Positions 34,028 through 46,946 are shown, numbered from the stretch's first letter. The stretch is 64,000 nucleotides of DNA from Podarcis erhardii (GCA_964252035.1 OZ176206.1); one strand, 5' to 3'. The notes: generated by a model from the letters alone, not told the origin. Numbers and translations are program-made.

Positions 34028-34768
34028 TGTTATAAGAAAATACCTCTTAATTCCCTTATGGGGTATCTAGAGCCCATAGAGAGTCCCTCAGGAGATCTCT
34101 ATCGGTCAGAGAGAAAGCAGAGGCCAACCAGAGTATATTGAAAGGAAAGGCGGTTAGTAAGCCTGATCTTTATTAAAGGAAATAAACTGTTACAACAGGG
34201 TCACCACTCACCACATGCAGGAGGGAGGAGAACCTTAAACAATGGTGTACAAGCCCCTGTAAAGACTTTTCAAAGCCTCTTGAAAGCCCAAGACCACCCT
34301 CCTAAACATCATACATACATCACAGAAGGAGGCAGTCTCCAGCAGAAATTTAAGAGTGTTGCTTCACTCCTGTCTGCCAGGATACCTGATAATGCCTTAC
34401 TTGATTGCATTTTCTGAGTAGCCTGACCATTCCTTTGAGATGGTAAATACTTTAGTTCCTTTGTCTCTTACAAATATTGAATCCTGAATTTCTTACACAT
34501 ATAGTTTGCTCAGCCTAACAGATACTTGCCAGACTGTATTTTCAGGGAGGTGTAAGCCCCTACAGTCCAAAGACAATTGGAAAGCTTTTCCCATTTCCTT
34601 CCTTCTTGCAGAGAAATATTTGAGGTCAATTTGGGAGAGTCAAAATGGCTTCAGGATTGCTCTCCTGTACTATTTCAGACACAGGGTTTATATACTTAAG
34701 TATGTGTGTTTCCCTTGTACATTTATGAACATTTATTCTATATTTGAGACCTTAGAATTCTTATAACA
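34028..34768 (-). mobile_element. Solo LTR (741 bp) in DNAJC11 intron 7, ERV1- or Gypsy-type
   Basis: TG...CA ends, 11-bp terminal inverted repeat TGTTATAAGAA, 4-bp TSD CCAG. AATAAA on the minus strand at 34169-34174 suggests the orientation. Confidence 0.8.
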
Positions 34769-35583
34769 CCAGGGACTGGCCTGCAACACCTGTGCTCTGC
34801 TATAGACCAGTGGCCAGCTAATAACTGACTCCACACATTTCCTAGATCTACAGGTGTCAGCAGAAATGACGGTACATGCCTGGGCTAGCAGAAGTAAGGG
34901 TAATGCAGTAGTGAACTGCAACACGGGGGCCAGTAACTGCTGCTCGTTCCTGTTTCATTCCTGGCATCTGTTGTGTGGGCATGCAGCAGTTGGAATGGAT
35001 AGGGCCCAGTTGCCCTGTGGGTTGACTCTGGCAGAGCCGACCCATACCCTTCAGCTGGCCCCTGTGTCAACGTGTCCTTGGCATAGCATGCAGCTGACTC
35101 CATTCTTCAGGCCCAGCACATTTCCTAGAGAGCAGAGGCAGAGAGTGTGCTGTTGGCTTGCGTTTTGCCCCTGAGGAGAACAGGGCAGCTTGGTTTGGTG
35201 TGCGGGGATCTATGTACACATCAGAGCATGACGGAGCTTTGAGCAGCTTCCAGAATCCCAAGCTGATAATCCTCCTCTTCTCCTTTCCCAACTCCCAAGA
35301 GATGTTGCTGGAGGAGGAGGAGGCGTGCATGTCCATCTGTAAGTCGGAGGCTCTAACTGAAGCTGGGATAACTTCTCTGCTGCACACCTCAAGCTCTCCT
35401 GGCCTTAAAAAGGGAATGGATGTGGCTATAGCTAGGGAGCAGTGTGTAGCTGGGGAGAGAGGCTCCTCTTGAGCAGCAGTTGCCTAAAGGAGAGCAGCAG
35501 TTTCCCAGGAGAGGGGAAAACCTTTCAGTTTCACTGAGAAGATTTTCCTTCTAAGCCTCTTCCTACCACCCCCCTGTTCTCAG

Positions 35584-35773
35584 CTTCGTCACGACAAACT
35601 GTGCACTGCAGTTCTCCTCCCGAGGGATCCGCCCGGGCCTAACGACCGTCCTGGCAAGGAACCTGGACAAGAACACCATGGGCTACTTGCAGTGGCGCTG
35701 GGGCATTCAGTCGGCAATGAATACGAGCATCGTCCGCGACACCAAAACCAGCCACTTCACGATGGCGTTTCAG
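35584..35773 (+). CDS. DNAJC11: DNAJC11 exon 8 ([63 protein letters not shown])
   Basis: Acceptor gttctcag, donor gtaggg, 190 nt. Confidence 0.97.
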
Positions 35774-36315
35774 GTAGGGTGGCCCTCCTTCCTTTGGCTT
35801 CAACTGTTCTTTGCAATGGCTGTCTGCTCTTTGAGGGTGACCTGTGCTGGCAACTCAGGGAGTCTTTTGAGTTGAAGTGGAGCAACTTGAATTGATAAGT
35901 CGCCTCTTTGGATCTAGTGGCTGGCCTGTGACTCTGGGGATTAAGAGGAGGATGAGGCTTCATCCACTCCCGAGGAATCTGTGTGGGCCACCCAACTGTT
36001 TATACCTGAGCCATGCTCCACAGCGTGGTCTCTGAACATGGCCATGTATAGCTATTGTGAACAACCCTACCCTACTGCATGAAAGGGACCAGTCTGCCTA
36101 TAAAGTTACCTAAACCACGACTGCGTCTCTTGACAGTGAGTTGCATGAATGAATTAGGCATAGTATGGAGAAGTGGCTCCCTTTTGTCCATCTGGGATCT
36201 ACCACCAGTAGGCAAGGGAAAGGAAGTGTGTTGGCATATGTGTGTGAATGCGAGGGAGACAGAAGCAAAGGAAGGAAGAGGGTTGACTGACCTTCCCATT
36301 TCTCTCATGCCACAG

Positions 36316-36401
36316 CTGGGCATCCCTCACTCCTTCATGATGGTCAGTTACCAGCACAAGTTTCAGGACGAGGATCAGACGCGAGTGAAAGGATCTCTCA
36401 A
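36316..36401 (+). CDS. DNAJC11: DNAJC11 exon 9 ([29 protein letters not shown])
   Basis: Acceptor gccacag, donor gtaagt, 86 nt. Confidence 0.97.
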
Positions 36402-36740
36402 GTAAGTCCCAGCCCAGAGGGTTGCCCCTGGCAGGTATAACTAGTAGGCAGGAGGCAGCTTTTGGCATAGGGGTTTGTGCAAGGGAGTCAGCCTCTTGCA
36501 GTGGTTGCTTTGAGGATGCATGGGCAAGAGGCTGGCATCCTTCTGCAGCTGCAGTGCTCACCATCTGGAAACCAAATGTAGCAGGCATGCCAGGGGCTGC
36601 CTCAGTGCCTCTTCCTTTCTGGAGGGGAAAGGAGACCCATCAGGCAAGGGGGTGAGTTGGCAAGGTATGCAGAAGATGAGATCCGGTGATCCCAAGAGGC
36701 AGAGCCTGTCCCTCTGCTTACCCAAATGCTTTTGTTTCAG

Positions 36741-36857
36741 AGCTGGTTTCTTTGGGACCATCGTGGAATATGGGGCGGAGCGGAAAATCTCCCGGCACAG
36801 CGTCCTTGGAGCTACCGTCAGTGTGGGTGTACCCCAGGGAGTCTCTCTGAAAATCAA
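36741..36857 (+). CDS. DNAJC11: DNAJC11 exon 10 ([39 protein letters not shown])
   Basis: Acceptor tttgtttcag, donor gtgagt, 117 nt. Confidence 0.97.
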
Positions 36858-38245
36858 GTGAGTTGGCAGCCTGAGTTCTGGGGCTGCTTTTCACAGACTG
36901 GTGCGCTCTGGCTGCCCTGGACAGCAGCAGTCATCAGCACCAGGTTGGGGAAGGTTGCTCTAGGGAGCAGCTCCTCCTGCCTCTGGTCTTGCATTTTGCT
37001 GCTGGTACTTGCCAAGGGACTTCATAGAAAGCCACTGGACTGAGCCGCATGTAAGAGTTGGCATGCCTGGGCCCCCTTGCCAAGTCCCACTTCTCAGCAC
37101 GATGCCCACTGTGAGCTCCTCAAGCCCCTGGCCCTTGCCCCTCCAAGGGACTAGTAGTTCAGAATGAACACACTACGTTTGTGTGTTGACCTGCACCCAG
37201 GCCGTAGAGCCAGAGGAGGGCTCTAGGAGTTCAAGATTTGCAGAAGTGCCAGGGAAGATCAGTTCTAATGCCTTATTAAAGAGGAGAAATAGACCTACAA
37301 TGAGAAGCAGCCTGTCAGTTCCCCCCTTTGCTGTGGGATGGACACTACAGCAAATAGCCTCCACAGCAAGGAGGTGGCTTGTCCGATGATGGACTGTCTA
37401 CACCTAGCCTAAAGCACATACATTGTTTATACACTAAGGCAGTTTATGTCAGCCAACTGACCAGGAGTGCAGGTGGTAGGCACCCAGAACATTACAGGGT
37501 TCCTCTTCTGGGCTCTGAGCCCAACATCCCAGTTCCCACAGATAGGGGTACCATGAAAGCTAGGCCAGTTAGGATATCAAAGCAGGCATTTGTAAACATA
37601 TATGAGCTATAGCTACTTCCAGTGAATTGTAGGGTTATGTTGAGTACTCACATGGTGTCAGCACAGCTTCTGAAGCAAGTTCACCTTCGGGGCAACACAG
37701 TATGTCTAACAACCAGACACCTGTTAAAGCTGTGTCTGCTGGAGACACTGATCACAACGTGTGCCGCTATCATTCTGGTTGGCATGTTTCAGTTTTGCCA
37801 GCAGAGGGCTCCAGAACACAGCAGAACGGCCTGGGAAAAGCGGGAAGATCAGTGATCGGACTTCAGAGCCTGTCTCTCGCTCTCTTCCCGCCCCTTGCTA
37901 AAAGAGCTCAGCAGCCTTGAGTAATGAAACATGGAGGAGGGATTGCCTTAAATTTGTGTGTCTGGGCAGAAGTGTATCATCTAGGTGGGCCCCAGCGGGT
38001 TTGGGGCCCTCCTCTTCCTGCTCTAGAGTTCTGGCTGTGAGCCTCCCGCTGCTCAAGGCACCCCTTGCCACACCAGGGTCACCAAAGTCCCATTGCCACC
38101 TGGCAGCAAATGATTGAGCAGGACAAGGAACCAGAGAGTCAGGCACACTCTCTCTTTCCCTCCCCTGGCCCCTTGTGTATTGGCTCCTGCAGGTTCTCTG
38201 GGCCTGCCTTGCCAGCTAACTGCTCTTCTTTCCCCTGCATCTCAG

Positions 38246-38401
38246 GCTGAACCGAGCCAGCCAGACCTACTTCTTCCCCATCCACTTGACGGACCAGCTG
38301 CTGCCCAGCGCGGTCTTCTATGCCACGGCGGGGCCCCTCGTCATCTACTTTGCCATGCACAGGCTCATCATCAGGCCCTACCTGAGGGCGCAGAAGGAGA
38401 A
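38246..38401 (+). CDS. DNAJC11: DNAJC11 exon 11 ([52 protein letters not shown])
   Basis: Acceptor atctcag, donor gtgagt, 156 nt. Confidence 0.97.
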
Positions 38402-39114
38402 GTGAGTGCCCCGAAAACATTCCCAGCATTCACTGGGGGAGGATAGAGGTGGGACTGACCTGCAGGGCACAGCACAGCAAAGGCAGCTGGTGATGGAGGA
38501 GAGGGCTGCCCAGTATGTACATCAGAGGCAGTACATCTCTGGAAACAAGCTGCCGGAGGTGGGGCAGCAAGCGAGGTTTGTAGCATTCCAGGCCTGCTTG
38601 TGGTCCTTCTGGAAGTTTCTGGCCGGCCACTGTGGGGGAAGCAGGGGTGGTGGTTTGGCAGAGGGTGGGGCGAACACCCTCCTGCTCTTTTCCACAGAGC
38701 TCTCCTGTGAGGGTGGGGGGGATTTTTGGAGCGAGAAGAAGGAGCCAGACTCTGGGCTGCAAAGCGGGTATTTCTGTGACTTGCCTAGAAAACTTTCCAA
38801 AGGACACCTTCCTTCTCTTGCCAATTAACATGAGATGCAATCCATCATCATTGGGAAGCCCTCCTGCTTTGGGGGCCCTTGATACTTGCAAGAGCAGCAG
38901 AGAAGTAAGCAGCGTTCCTGCTCGTTTCACTGGGCTTGACTTGCATGAGTCAGGTTGTTCTGTCTCTCTGCCATCTTTAATGCACTAGCTGGCCCAGCCT
39001 TCGTGCTGCATGGCTGCTTCTCTCAGGGAATTGGTTGGGGGAAAGTGGGAAGGGAGGCAGGTGCCCAGACTACAATGAAACCCTCTTCTTTCCTCTCCCC
39101 TGTCCGAACGTTAG

Positions 39115-39184
39115 AGAATTGGAGAAGCAGCGGGAGAGCACGGCTAGCGACACTTTCCAGAAGAAACAGGAAGCAGAAGCTGCA
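39115..39184 (+). CDS. DNAJC11: DNAJC11 exon 12 (ELEKQRESTASDTFQKKQEAEAA)
   Basis: Acceptor cgttag, donor gtgagt, 70 nt. Confidence 0.95.
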
Positions 39185-39801
39185 GTGAGTCTCAAGTCTT
39201 GCTTCCTTCCCCGTTCCTGGATAATTTAGGGGTCTCTGTGCACTTCCTCCTTGGAATAATTGATCTGGGCTTCATCTCAAGGGCTTTTCTTCCCTTCAAA
39301 AATCACTCTGACAACTGAAAATACAGTGTGGGTGGGTGTCTTCATTTTTGAAAGCGTTGGGTTTATTTTGTTTCTAATCAGGTTTTTATGTAACTGAGTC
39401 TGTTTTAATTGCCTCATCGCCTGCCTTTACTGGAGAGAGAGAGAGTATGTGTGTGTTTTCAAAAATAGAACACGTGCAAGAGTGTGACTGTAGCCAGTTT
39501 TGGGGGCCGGGGCCATGTCTCTCATAGATCATATGCTTTACCTGTTCCAGGTTTAGTACCTGACATCTTTTTATTTGTCATTTGCCTCCTTCACCTGGTA
39601 TGTGCGCTTCCAAGTGATGTCTTATGAGATGCACAGTACTGGGCTAGATGTTTCCACCTTGGTCTCATTCAACGTCTAAGGTTCTCACTTACTTCAGATA
39701 TTTTGACCCTGCCTCTTGATGACAAGCATCCACAAGGCCACTAGTAAATCTAGCCCTTGCTAATGTAATTATTGTTACATCAAATCTTCATTATCGAGGC
39801 T

Positions 39802-39804
<3 letters not shown>

Positions 39805-39832
<28 letters not shown>
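39805..39832. repeat. (GA)n microsatellite
   Basis: Direct reading. Confidence 0.9.
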
Positions 39833-39836
<4 letters not shown>

Positions 39837-40656
39837 TGCCTGGTCACCTCTGGGCAGTGTCAGCATCCATTCAGGAGTGCAGGGAGAATTGATCCAAGTG
39901 CCTCTGGGCAGGCTGCAGAGTGTGCATCCCTCCTGGCTGAGTTACAATGACAGGCTCCAATCGCATGTGGTAAGGAGTCCTTCCAGATCAGAGGCAGGCG
40001 AGAGAACCTGGCACCGCTTTTTGGAGAACACCTCATCCTTCAACCCTGGAGAAATTGCAAGTGTGACGCAGTTCCACACACAAGTGCAGAAATTCACCTC
40101 TCTCTGTGAAACATGTTTCTAGTGCTTGCAAAGTTATGCTTGGGAGCATGTAGGCAGCAAAACCTCTGCAGCTGCTGAGCAAGCCTTGCTCTTGCTGACA
40201 TCCTATCCCTCCTCATGCTCCTTGTAGCGTAGTGTTTTGAAGGAGAAGACACCCCCAAGCCTTGGCCCTTCCCTCCGGTCTTGTTTTTATGAGGTTCCCA
40301 GAGAGGAGTTGGGTCTTGCGCTTGATTATCCTACTGCTTCAGCTCCCACTTCGCCTCTGTGCCTCTGAGCAACACATTCTTGGGGCTCCCCTATCAGGTG
40401 TTCTCACACACAAAACCAACGCCAAAATGCCCAAAGGTCCGCCATCCCTGTTGCTTTCCATGAGTTGGAGGGCAACCTTCTGCAGCCTCCTGTGATGGAA
40501 GAGGCAGAGCTTAGCCCATTCCTGGCTCACATGTTGGTTTTACACAAGTGCAGTCCCTATAAAGGCCTCCTCCTCCTTTTTCCCTTTAAGAATATTTGCA
40601 AACACAATAAATAAGCCTTCTTCTGATGCCGAATCCTGGTCTGTCCCCTTGCTTAG

Positions 40657-40714
40657 GTGCGGCTGATGCAGGAATCTGTCCGGAGAATTATTGAGGCCGA
40701 AGAAGCCAGGATGG
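40657..40714 (+). CDS. DNAJC11: DNAJC11 exon 13 (VRLMQESVRRIIEAEEARM)
   Basis: Acceptor ttgcttag, donor gtaagg, 58 nt. Confidence 0.96.
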
Positions 40715-40948
40715 GTAAGGAGTGCTGATTTCCCTTTTCTTCCACCCAAGTCTGCCCTGCAGGCATTTGAGGTGGTTGCACACTTCTGTTTGGGTTCGTA
40801 AATGCTACTGTGTTGCTTACTGCTCTTATTGGAACAGGAAACACTAAGTGGGAAGAGGTTGTGCCCCAGAACATTTGCTTTAATGATTCTGGAATGCCCA
40901 ATTGGTTCTAGTTTATCTGCAAGGGCATATCCATCCCATGTGGGTGGC

Positions 40949-41128
40949 GGGTGAGCCGTAGGTCTGTGGTGAAGCACCTGCTTTGCATGCAGAAGGTCTC
41001 AGGTTCATACTTTGACATCTCTGGGGTAGGACCAGAAAAAAGACCAGTGTCTGAATGCCTGGAGAGCCTATTCCCATTGGCATGGATGAAGTTGAGCTTG
41101 AGCTTGCTCAGTGTAAGGCACCTCCTAT
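40949..41128 (+). mobile_element. Diverged tRNA-Ala-like SINE
   Basis: CTGCTTTGCATGCAGAAGGTCTCAGGTTCA and a CTCAGTGTAAGGCA tail. Confidence 0.7.
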
Positions 41129-41435
41129 TATTGTACTGTGCTAGCTCAGGGTTTGGTACTAGTTGCAGAAATCAGGAACCCAAGAACCTCAGTAGTTCTT
41201 TAAAAAATAAATCAAGGTCCTAGCCTCTAAAGTGGAAGAATATATGGCATCTCAAAAGGGGAGCCTCTATCCCAGTGGAGGGATTTGTGTGCTCATCTGT
41301 TTTGATTTTATGTAGTGAGAGGCCTGGGCAGACCTCTCTTTTTCTCTCTCTCTACTTGCCTGGAGGGAGGGGGGTGCTCCCCTGTTTCCTGAAAGTGTCC
41401 TCTGCGCCAACAGCTTCTTCTCGTTAACAATGCAG

Positions 41436-41578
41436 GCCTGATTGTAGTGAATGCCTGGTACGGGAAATTCGTCAATGACCAGAGCAGGAGGAACGAGAAG
41501 GTGAAGGTTATAGATGTGACTGTGCCCTTGCAGTGCCTGGTGAAAGACTCCAAGCTCATCCTTACAGAAGCATCCAAG
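41436..41578 (+). CDS. DNAJC11: DNAJC11 exon 14 ([48 protein letters not shown])
   Basis: Acceptor aatgcag, donor gtaagg, 143 nt. Confidence 0.97.
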
Positions 41579-42274
41579 GTAAGGAGGAGGCCAGTGTGCA
41601 GGGAGGTGGGGAAGCAGATTAGCCCACACAACTCACCTGTTCCATTCCTGAGGGCACGTTGGGGTGGTTGTGAGCCCAAACCGTGTGATCACGAGGTGAG
41701 ATTTGTAAACCTTTGGTTGGACTTCCAGTAGGGTACAGAAGCCAAGCTTCACAATGGTTCTGTGGTGTGTGTGTGTGCGCACACACAAGTGCACTAGCCC
41801 TTACACACTGTGGATACTTCTGCACAACCATCATCATCTCTTCCTTTTTTTGTAATCACATTTTTATTGGAATTTTTAACATAAAGGGGTTAAAAACAGC
41901 ACCAAACACAGCAAATACCAAGTAGAGGAAGAACTGCCAACTAAGCTGCATCAAAAGAATCAACTGAACTCAAGGAATTAGATGATTAGGTGATTAAATG
42001 GCAGTAAAATTGATCTATTGTTAAGGTTTCTAGAAGAGATAAACTGGCACCAGACTGCTGCAAAGTTGCCTTCATGTGTTTCTCCCTGGACCTCTTGCAT
42101 TCCTGAGTCAATTTATCATTCAAAGCTGGGGGCCATATCCGAGCGTTAAACTTTTCCATCCAGAGTTTTCCAATGGCAGGAGGTTTCAAGATGGGCCCAA
42201 CCAGTCACTTAATGATCAGATCTCTATAACCGCCCTTCTCCTTGACTCAGCGTGTGACTGTTCCTCTCTTGCAG

Positions 42275-42404
42275 GCCGGCCTGCCTGGGTTCTACGACCC
42301 TTGTGTCGGGGAAGATAAGAGCCTGAAAGTCCTCTACCAGTTCCGAGGAGTCCTGCATCAAGTGATGTCTGGCGACAACGAGGCCCTTCGGATACCAAAG
42401 CAGT
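42275..42404 (+). CDS. DNAJC11: DNAJC11 exon 15 ([43 protein letters not shown])
   Basis: Acceptor ctcttgcag, donor gtaagt, 130 nt. Confidence 0.97.
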
Positions 42405-43535
42405 GTAAGTAGCAAAGCCCTGGTCTCCTGCTTCCGCTTCCAGCCCCTCTACAGGCCTGGTAAAGGCATCCATTGCCCTTCCACTGAGGAGCTGCCACAT
42501 GGGCAGAGGATGGGAGATTGCATTTGCAAGGACTCATGGGGTGAGGGGGATGATGACGACACACACCTCTCCAAATTTCACTCCCGCCTCCTTTGCCTTC
42601 ATGTTCTTTCAGCCCGCTGACAGAGGCTGTGAGTTTGAGAGGGTTGTGGCCACAGCACACTCTATTGCATGGAGCCAAGGCATGAATCTCAAGACTTTCC
42701 TCCAGCAATTTAAGCATGACTGTGAGGACGCACAGAGAACCCCTTAAACCTGACTTCATTGTCAAATGACCCACCTCTTGTACCTTGATCTTTGACACTG
42801 GAGATATTCCTGGGACTGATTTAACTCTTTTTTTTTAATGAAATTGTTGTAACTCACCGTGGGGCCTGCTGGTGGAGGACAAGTAATAGCTTGAGTAGCA
42901 AATTAAAGTTAATAATAATTTAAAGTTGATAAAATCAACAAAGTAGAGAGGAAGCTTCTAGTCCCCAAGGCAGCAGAAATATTGCACATCTTCAGGATGA
43001 GGCCCTCCTGAGTGCCCAGAGATGACTGGCCAGCTCCATGCAGTGTGACTCCTGCTGGTTTGGGGAGCAGCTTCTGGCTCCTAAAGAAATGGCAGCCCTG
43101 CCCTGCGCCTCTGGAGGCTTCTTCATGCCCCTATGTACACGGCTGCAGCAGGGCAGGGTAAACCCAGATTTTCAGAATCCCCAACTTTGCAGCTATGATA
43201 GCTTAGAGCCATGGCCGGCAAAATTGATTTCCATGTCAGGATTTGGATTGGGGGCCTCCCTGCCAGTTTCCCCCGTGGATGGTGGCATGCTGTGTAGGGC
43301 TGGAGGCAGGCTGCTTCCTGCTCTCCTTTGCCATTTTGCAGGAGGTACTTTACAGGGGTGGGAGGAGCACAACGTGGGTCTCCTGGGGGTGAACCCACTG
43401 TTGCCCACTGCTTATTTTAAAAAGTGCCTTTACACCTCCCTCAGTGGTGGCTCTTTTGCAAGTTTGCCTTGACCTCAGCCTCTATAAAACAGTCTCTCCT
43501 CTCCCCACCCACCCCTTTTTTTGCTACCCGTACAG

Positions 43536-43561
43536 CTCACCGGATTGATGCGGACAGCTAA
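43536..43561 (+). CDS. DNAJC11: DNAJC11 exon 16 coding part (SHRIDADS, stop TAA)
   Basis: Acceptor cccgtacag. It matches the human C-terminus SHRIDTDG. Confidence 0.95.
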
Positions 43562-44135
43562 TCTGGTGGGGAAGAGGGCAGGTGCTGAGTTCTGTGCCCA
43601 GGAGCCAGCGGATATGGCACCATCTTTCCTCCCTGGATTTGATGACGTCTTCAGACGAGTGGGGATGCAACTTATTTCCTGATTGGCGCGGAAGAAGGTG
43701 GTTTGACACCCAACGTAACATTGTGGGACAAAATGAGAGGAATCTGCTCTAACGAGACAGTGGCACCCAGACCCTGCAGCTGGGGGCTGTTGCTTGACTG
43801 GCACAGCTGACGATGGCCAGCATTTCCAGCCTGCCCCTGTCAACACAAGGGGGCGGGCTGCAGACTAGGAGCCCCCCTTTCCCCTGCAGCAACCAGTGTC
43901 CTCTTCAGCAGGGGGAGCCTTGGGCAGGTGGGCAATGGGGAGGCGGGGCGGGTGAGGTGTCAATTTTATTCTTGTAGGAAGTGGAGGGGATGCAGGCCTC
44001 CTCCGCACAGACCCTTGCAGCTGTTTGGCAATGCAAAGAACACGGTGCTCATATCCACGTTCCGAAATCAAAATGCACTTTGGGAAATTTGTAAGCCTTT
44101 CTTTTAACACGTTTGAATCTTCCTGTCCATCATCA

Positions 44136-44156
44136 TCTCTCTCTCTCTCTCTCTCT
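44136..44156. repeat. (TC)n microsatellite in the DNAJC11 3'UTR
   Basis: Direct reading. Confidence 0.9.
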
Positions 44157-45326
44157 AGCAGCTGATATAATATGATACACTAAGAGGAACTGTTTCCTGT
44201 CAGCTTGTCTTTGTTCCAAGCACAGCAAAAAGCTGGCCCAGAAAAGGAGTAAAAGTCGCCATAAGCGTTTTGATGTACACAAAAGGCGTTGTGCCGATGG
44301 AGGCAGGGTGGGGAGATAGGAGTGGGAGGCCCAAGTGAGTGCCAAATCAGAGGCAATAGCATTCTCGATGGAAGATTGCTCCTGCTGCAGACCAGGGGTG
44401 CTCTTGTGCTGCAAGAAAGCAACGGAGAGGTTGCAGGAATCCCATTTTTGGCCCTTTGTCCCTGGTGGCAGTGTAGAGCTCCTTTTACAGACACGAAGAG
44501 AGGAGGCTGGAGTTGCCTCTCTGTTAATCCTTGGGACACCTTCCTTGATGACATTTATGCAGGATCCCTGGGGGTGTTGAATGCCAAAACAAGCTTTTCG
44601 TCGTAACTGCTGGTTCCTGAAACACACACAGACAGAGTGGTGCATCCCCTGCGCCACTTTATTCGTTTGTATAACTGGGTTCACCCCACTCATTTGTATC
44701 CAGATCATATCCGCCCCCAATCTGTCCCCACCTCAGCCCTTACCCTAAGTAAAATGATAACTGATTCCATGAAGCCTGTTACATCCCTCCTGCCCCCTTT
44801 TCCTCTTGAAATTAGGTGTTGCTGCTCCTCAATTGTTTTGTTGGACAAATATTTCTCTCTTGCATCTTCCATTGAACCAAATTCTGGCCTAGTAATATCC
44901 ATCTCCTTGGGTTAACCCTTGGTACCTTCAAGTAAAGATGCTTATTCATGTTGACACCCCTACCCGACTGCCCCATTCATTTTTCCACATGCCAGTTATC
45001 CCAACTTCCTTCAGAGCTGATGGAATGAAAAATACACTGTATGGTCATAGTATTTATTCCTGGATCGCAGTGAGTTCTGGTTTCAGAAATCTGTCACTTG
45101 GCCTTTTCAAGAACCAGAATCGGGCTAGAATTAACACTGGTAATTGACACTGACAATAACCACTTGAACCTTCTGCTTTTTGAACCCAGCTCAGCCTTAG
45201 CACCCCTTCCTTTTCAATCCTTCCCCGCTTTCCAAAGCCCCTGCCTCGTGTGACTGGGAATTTTGCAAAGTGCATGAGCCGCTGATGAGGACAGAGCCTC
45301 TGGTTTCTCCTGTAACAAATAAGGAC

Positions 45327-45332
45327 AATAAA
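45327..45332 (+). terminator. Probable DNAJC11 polyadenylation signal AATAAA (3'UTR about 1.8 kb)
   Basis: First AATAAA I found on + after the stop codon, followed by U/GU-rich sequence. Not confirmed by transcript data. Confidence 0.6.
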
Positions 45333-46829
45333 AGAGACCCATTTTCTCCGGACTGTTGGCTACTTAAAGCAGGGACAGAGAAGCCTCCCAACAGGCAAGG
45401 AGGCAAAAGATACAGCCAGCTATGCTTACTCTGATCCTTCAGGGAGGCTAAATGTAGTGCTTTCTGGTGACTTAATCGGTCATTCTTTCTTGCAACGGGC
45501 TTTGTACAAGGGATCAGTCTTCCCTAACCTGTTACTTTCCAGCTGCTGTCAGGTTCTCAGCTCCCATCAGCCAGCATGGCCAGGGGTAAGGGATGATGGG
45601 AGTTGGAGTCCAACAGCAGCTAGAGGGCACCATCAGGGTGATGGAGCCATGGTTGGTGTCTGGAAATGTGTGCATTTTCTATTTCCTCTGCTTCTTCCAC
45701 TCCCATAGACTAGAGGGGAAGTGGCTGTAAGAGCCACCCAGGTGCTTGATGCTCTTCTCATTCATGTTCCAGGTGCTCATAGCTCTTAGCTGGCATACCA
45801 GTGCTCTCCCCCTCTTTAATTCAGTTGAATTTGGTGACAAGCTTAACTTAATAGCTATTCGCATTCATGGTCATGCCCATAAATTGAGCCTGTTACCTAA
45901 GGGAATCCTTTAGTCATGTGCCCCCATCCCATCAACCTCAAGAAAGGTGGCAGCTGTGGGGGATGTTGCCCTTTGGCTTGGGGATGAACCCTCTCTTACC
46001 TAACTGCGGTGGGTCTCTGCCCGCCCTGCCTCCTTACTCCCAAGCCCCTTTTTTGGAGGTTTCTGAGCCTGCAAGGTGAGTTATTACCTCAAGAGTGGCT
46101 TCGCTACAAATAATGCTTTTAAGAAACTCAAGATTGGGGACTTCCGGCATTCTGCAGATGCAAAGCAGTTTCACTTCGCCCATATTCTCTTACCTTCTCA
46201 ACAACCCTCTCTGGTGGGATGATATTATCATTCTTTATATGGGTGAGAGGGAGTGTGTGTGTGTTAGGGAAATACCAAAACAATAGGGACTCGTCTCAGG
46301 CCACTAGAAGTTCGGAGGCTGAAGTGTGATCTGAGTGGAGACTACTGTCCTCTTCCCCCAACAGCTCTGCCTGTAATTACATTAAAATCAAGCAGAAATA
46401 TTAACAATGTTTGGAATGGGGCTGATTCCTATTGGTTGTTCCTGGCACTGACCAAACACCCCTCCCTAAAGATTTAAACCTACAAAGTTGCATCCTTTCA
46501 TCGGACAGTTGGTGCACCTTGATCAGCCATGGCTGTGACTTTGGCTGACTAGTCCTTTTGTAACTGGAGATGAAGCCCCAAAGTTGGGGCCTTAAGCACT
46601 AAAATGAGATCCTGGTTGCAGGATTAGACCAAGGGGGCATCTTGTCCAGGAGCCCATTTGCCAACAAGGTGTTCGTGATCCCCAGACATTCCTGATCGCC
46701 TGCATTCAAAGCTCTCTGCTGGTTTGAGCATTGTAGTGGAAAAATGGGTGGGCTAAATGAATATAAATTCAATGGTGTTGACACAGAATTGCTTCTCCAG
46801 ACTCAGAAATAAGAAGCAACCGTGTGCCC

Positions 46830-46946
46830 AGTCAGAACCTTGCTCAGGGTTGTCTGCACCCAGCCCTACCTGAGATGCCAGGGATTGAACTGAGGACTTT
46901 CTACATGCAAAGCAAGCGCTCTACCACTGAACTACCACTCGTCCCC
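46830..46946 (-). mobile_element. tRNA-Ala-like SINE 5' part
   Basis: Reverse complement of GTTCAGTGGTAGAGCGCTTGCTTTGCATGTAGAAAGTCCTCAGTTCAATCCCTGGCATCTCAGG. Confidence 0.75.

Larger units (their letters stand above)
3957..43561 (+). other. DNAJC11: Gene model, DnaJ homolog subfamily C member 11 (mitochondrial MICOS/MIB-associated J protein), 5'-partial: join(3957-4086,7788-7861,12315-12416,30221-30349,31945-32067,32543-32616,35584-35773,36316-36401,36741-36857,38246-38401,39115-39184,40657-40714,41436-41578,42275-42404,43536-43561)
   Basis: All 15 exons have AG/GT borders and consistent phases. They total 1608 nt, which with a 72-nt exon 1 gives 559 aa plus stop, the human length. The translation matches DNAJC11, including the HPD J-domain motif and the C-terminal DUF3395 region. 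Confidence 0.98.

Noticed and set aside
44133-44720. 195-aa minus-strand ORF in the DNAJC11 3'UTR, checked as a THAP3 remnant
   Set aside because: No THAP C2CH spacing, AVPTIF-type motif or HBM. It starts from a non-ATG codon and ends in a microsatellite.
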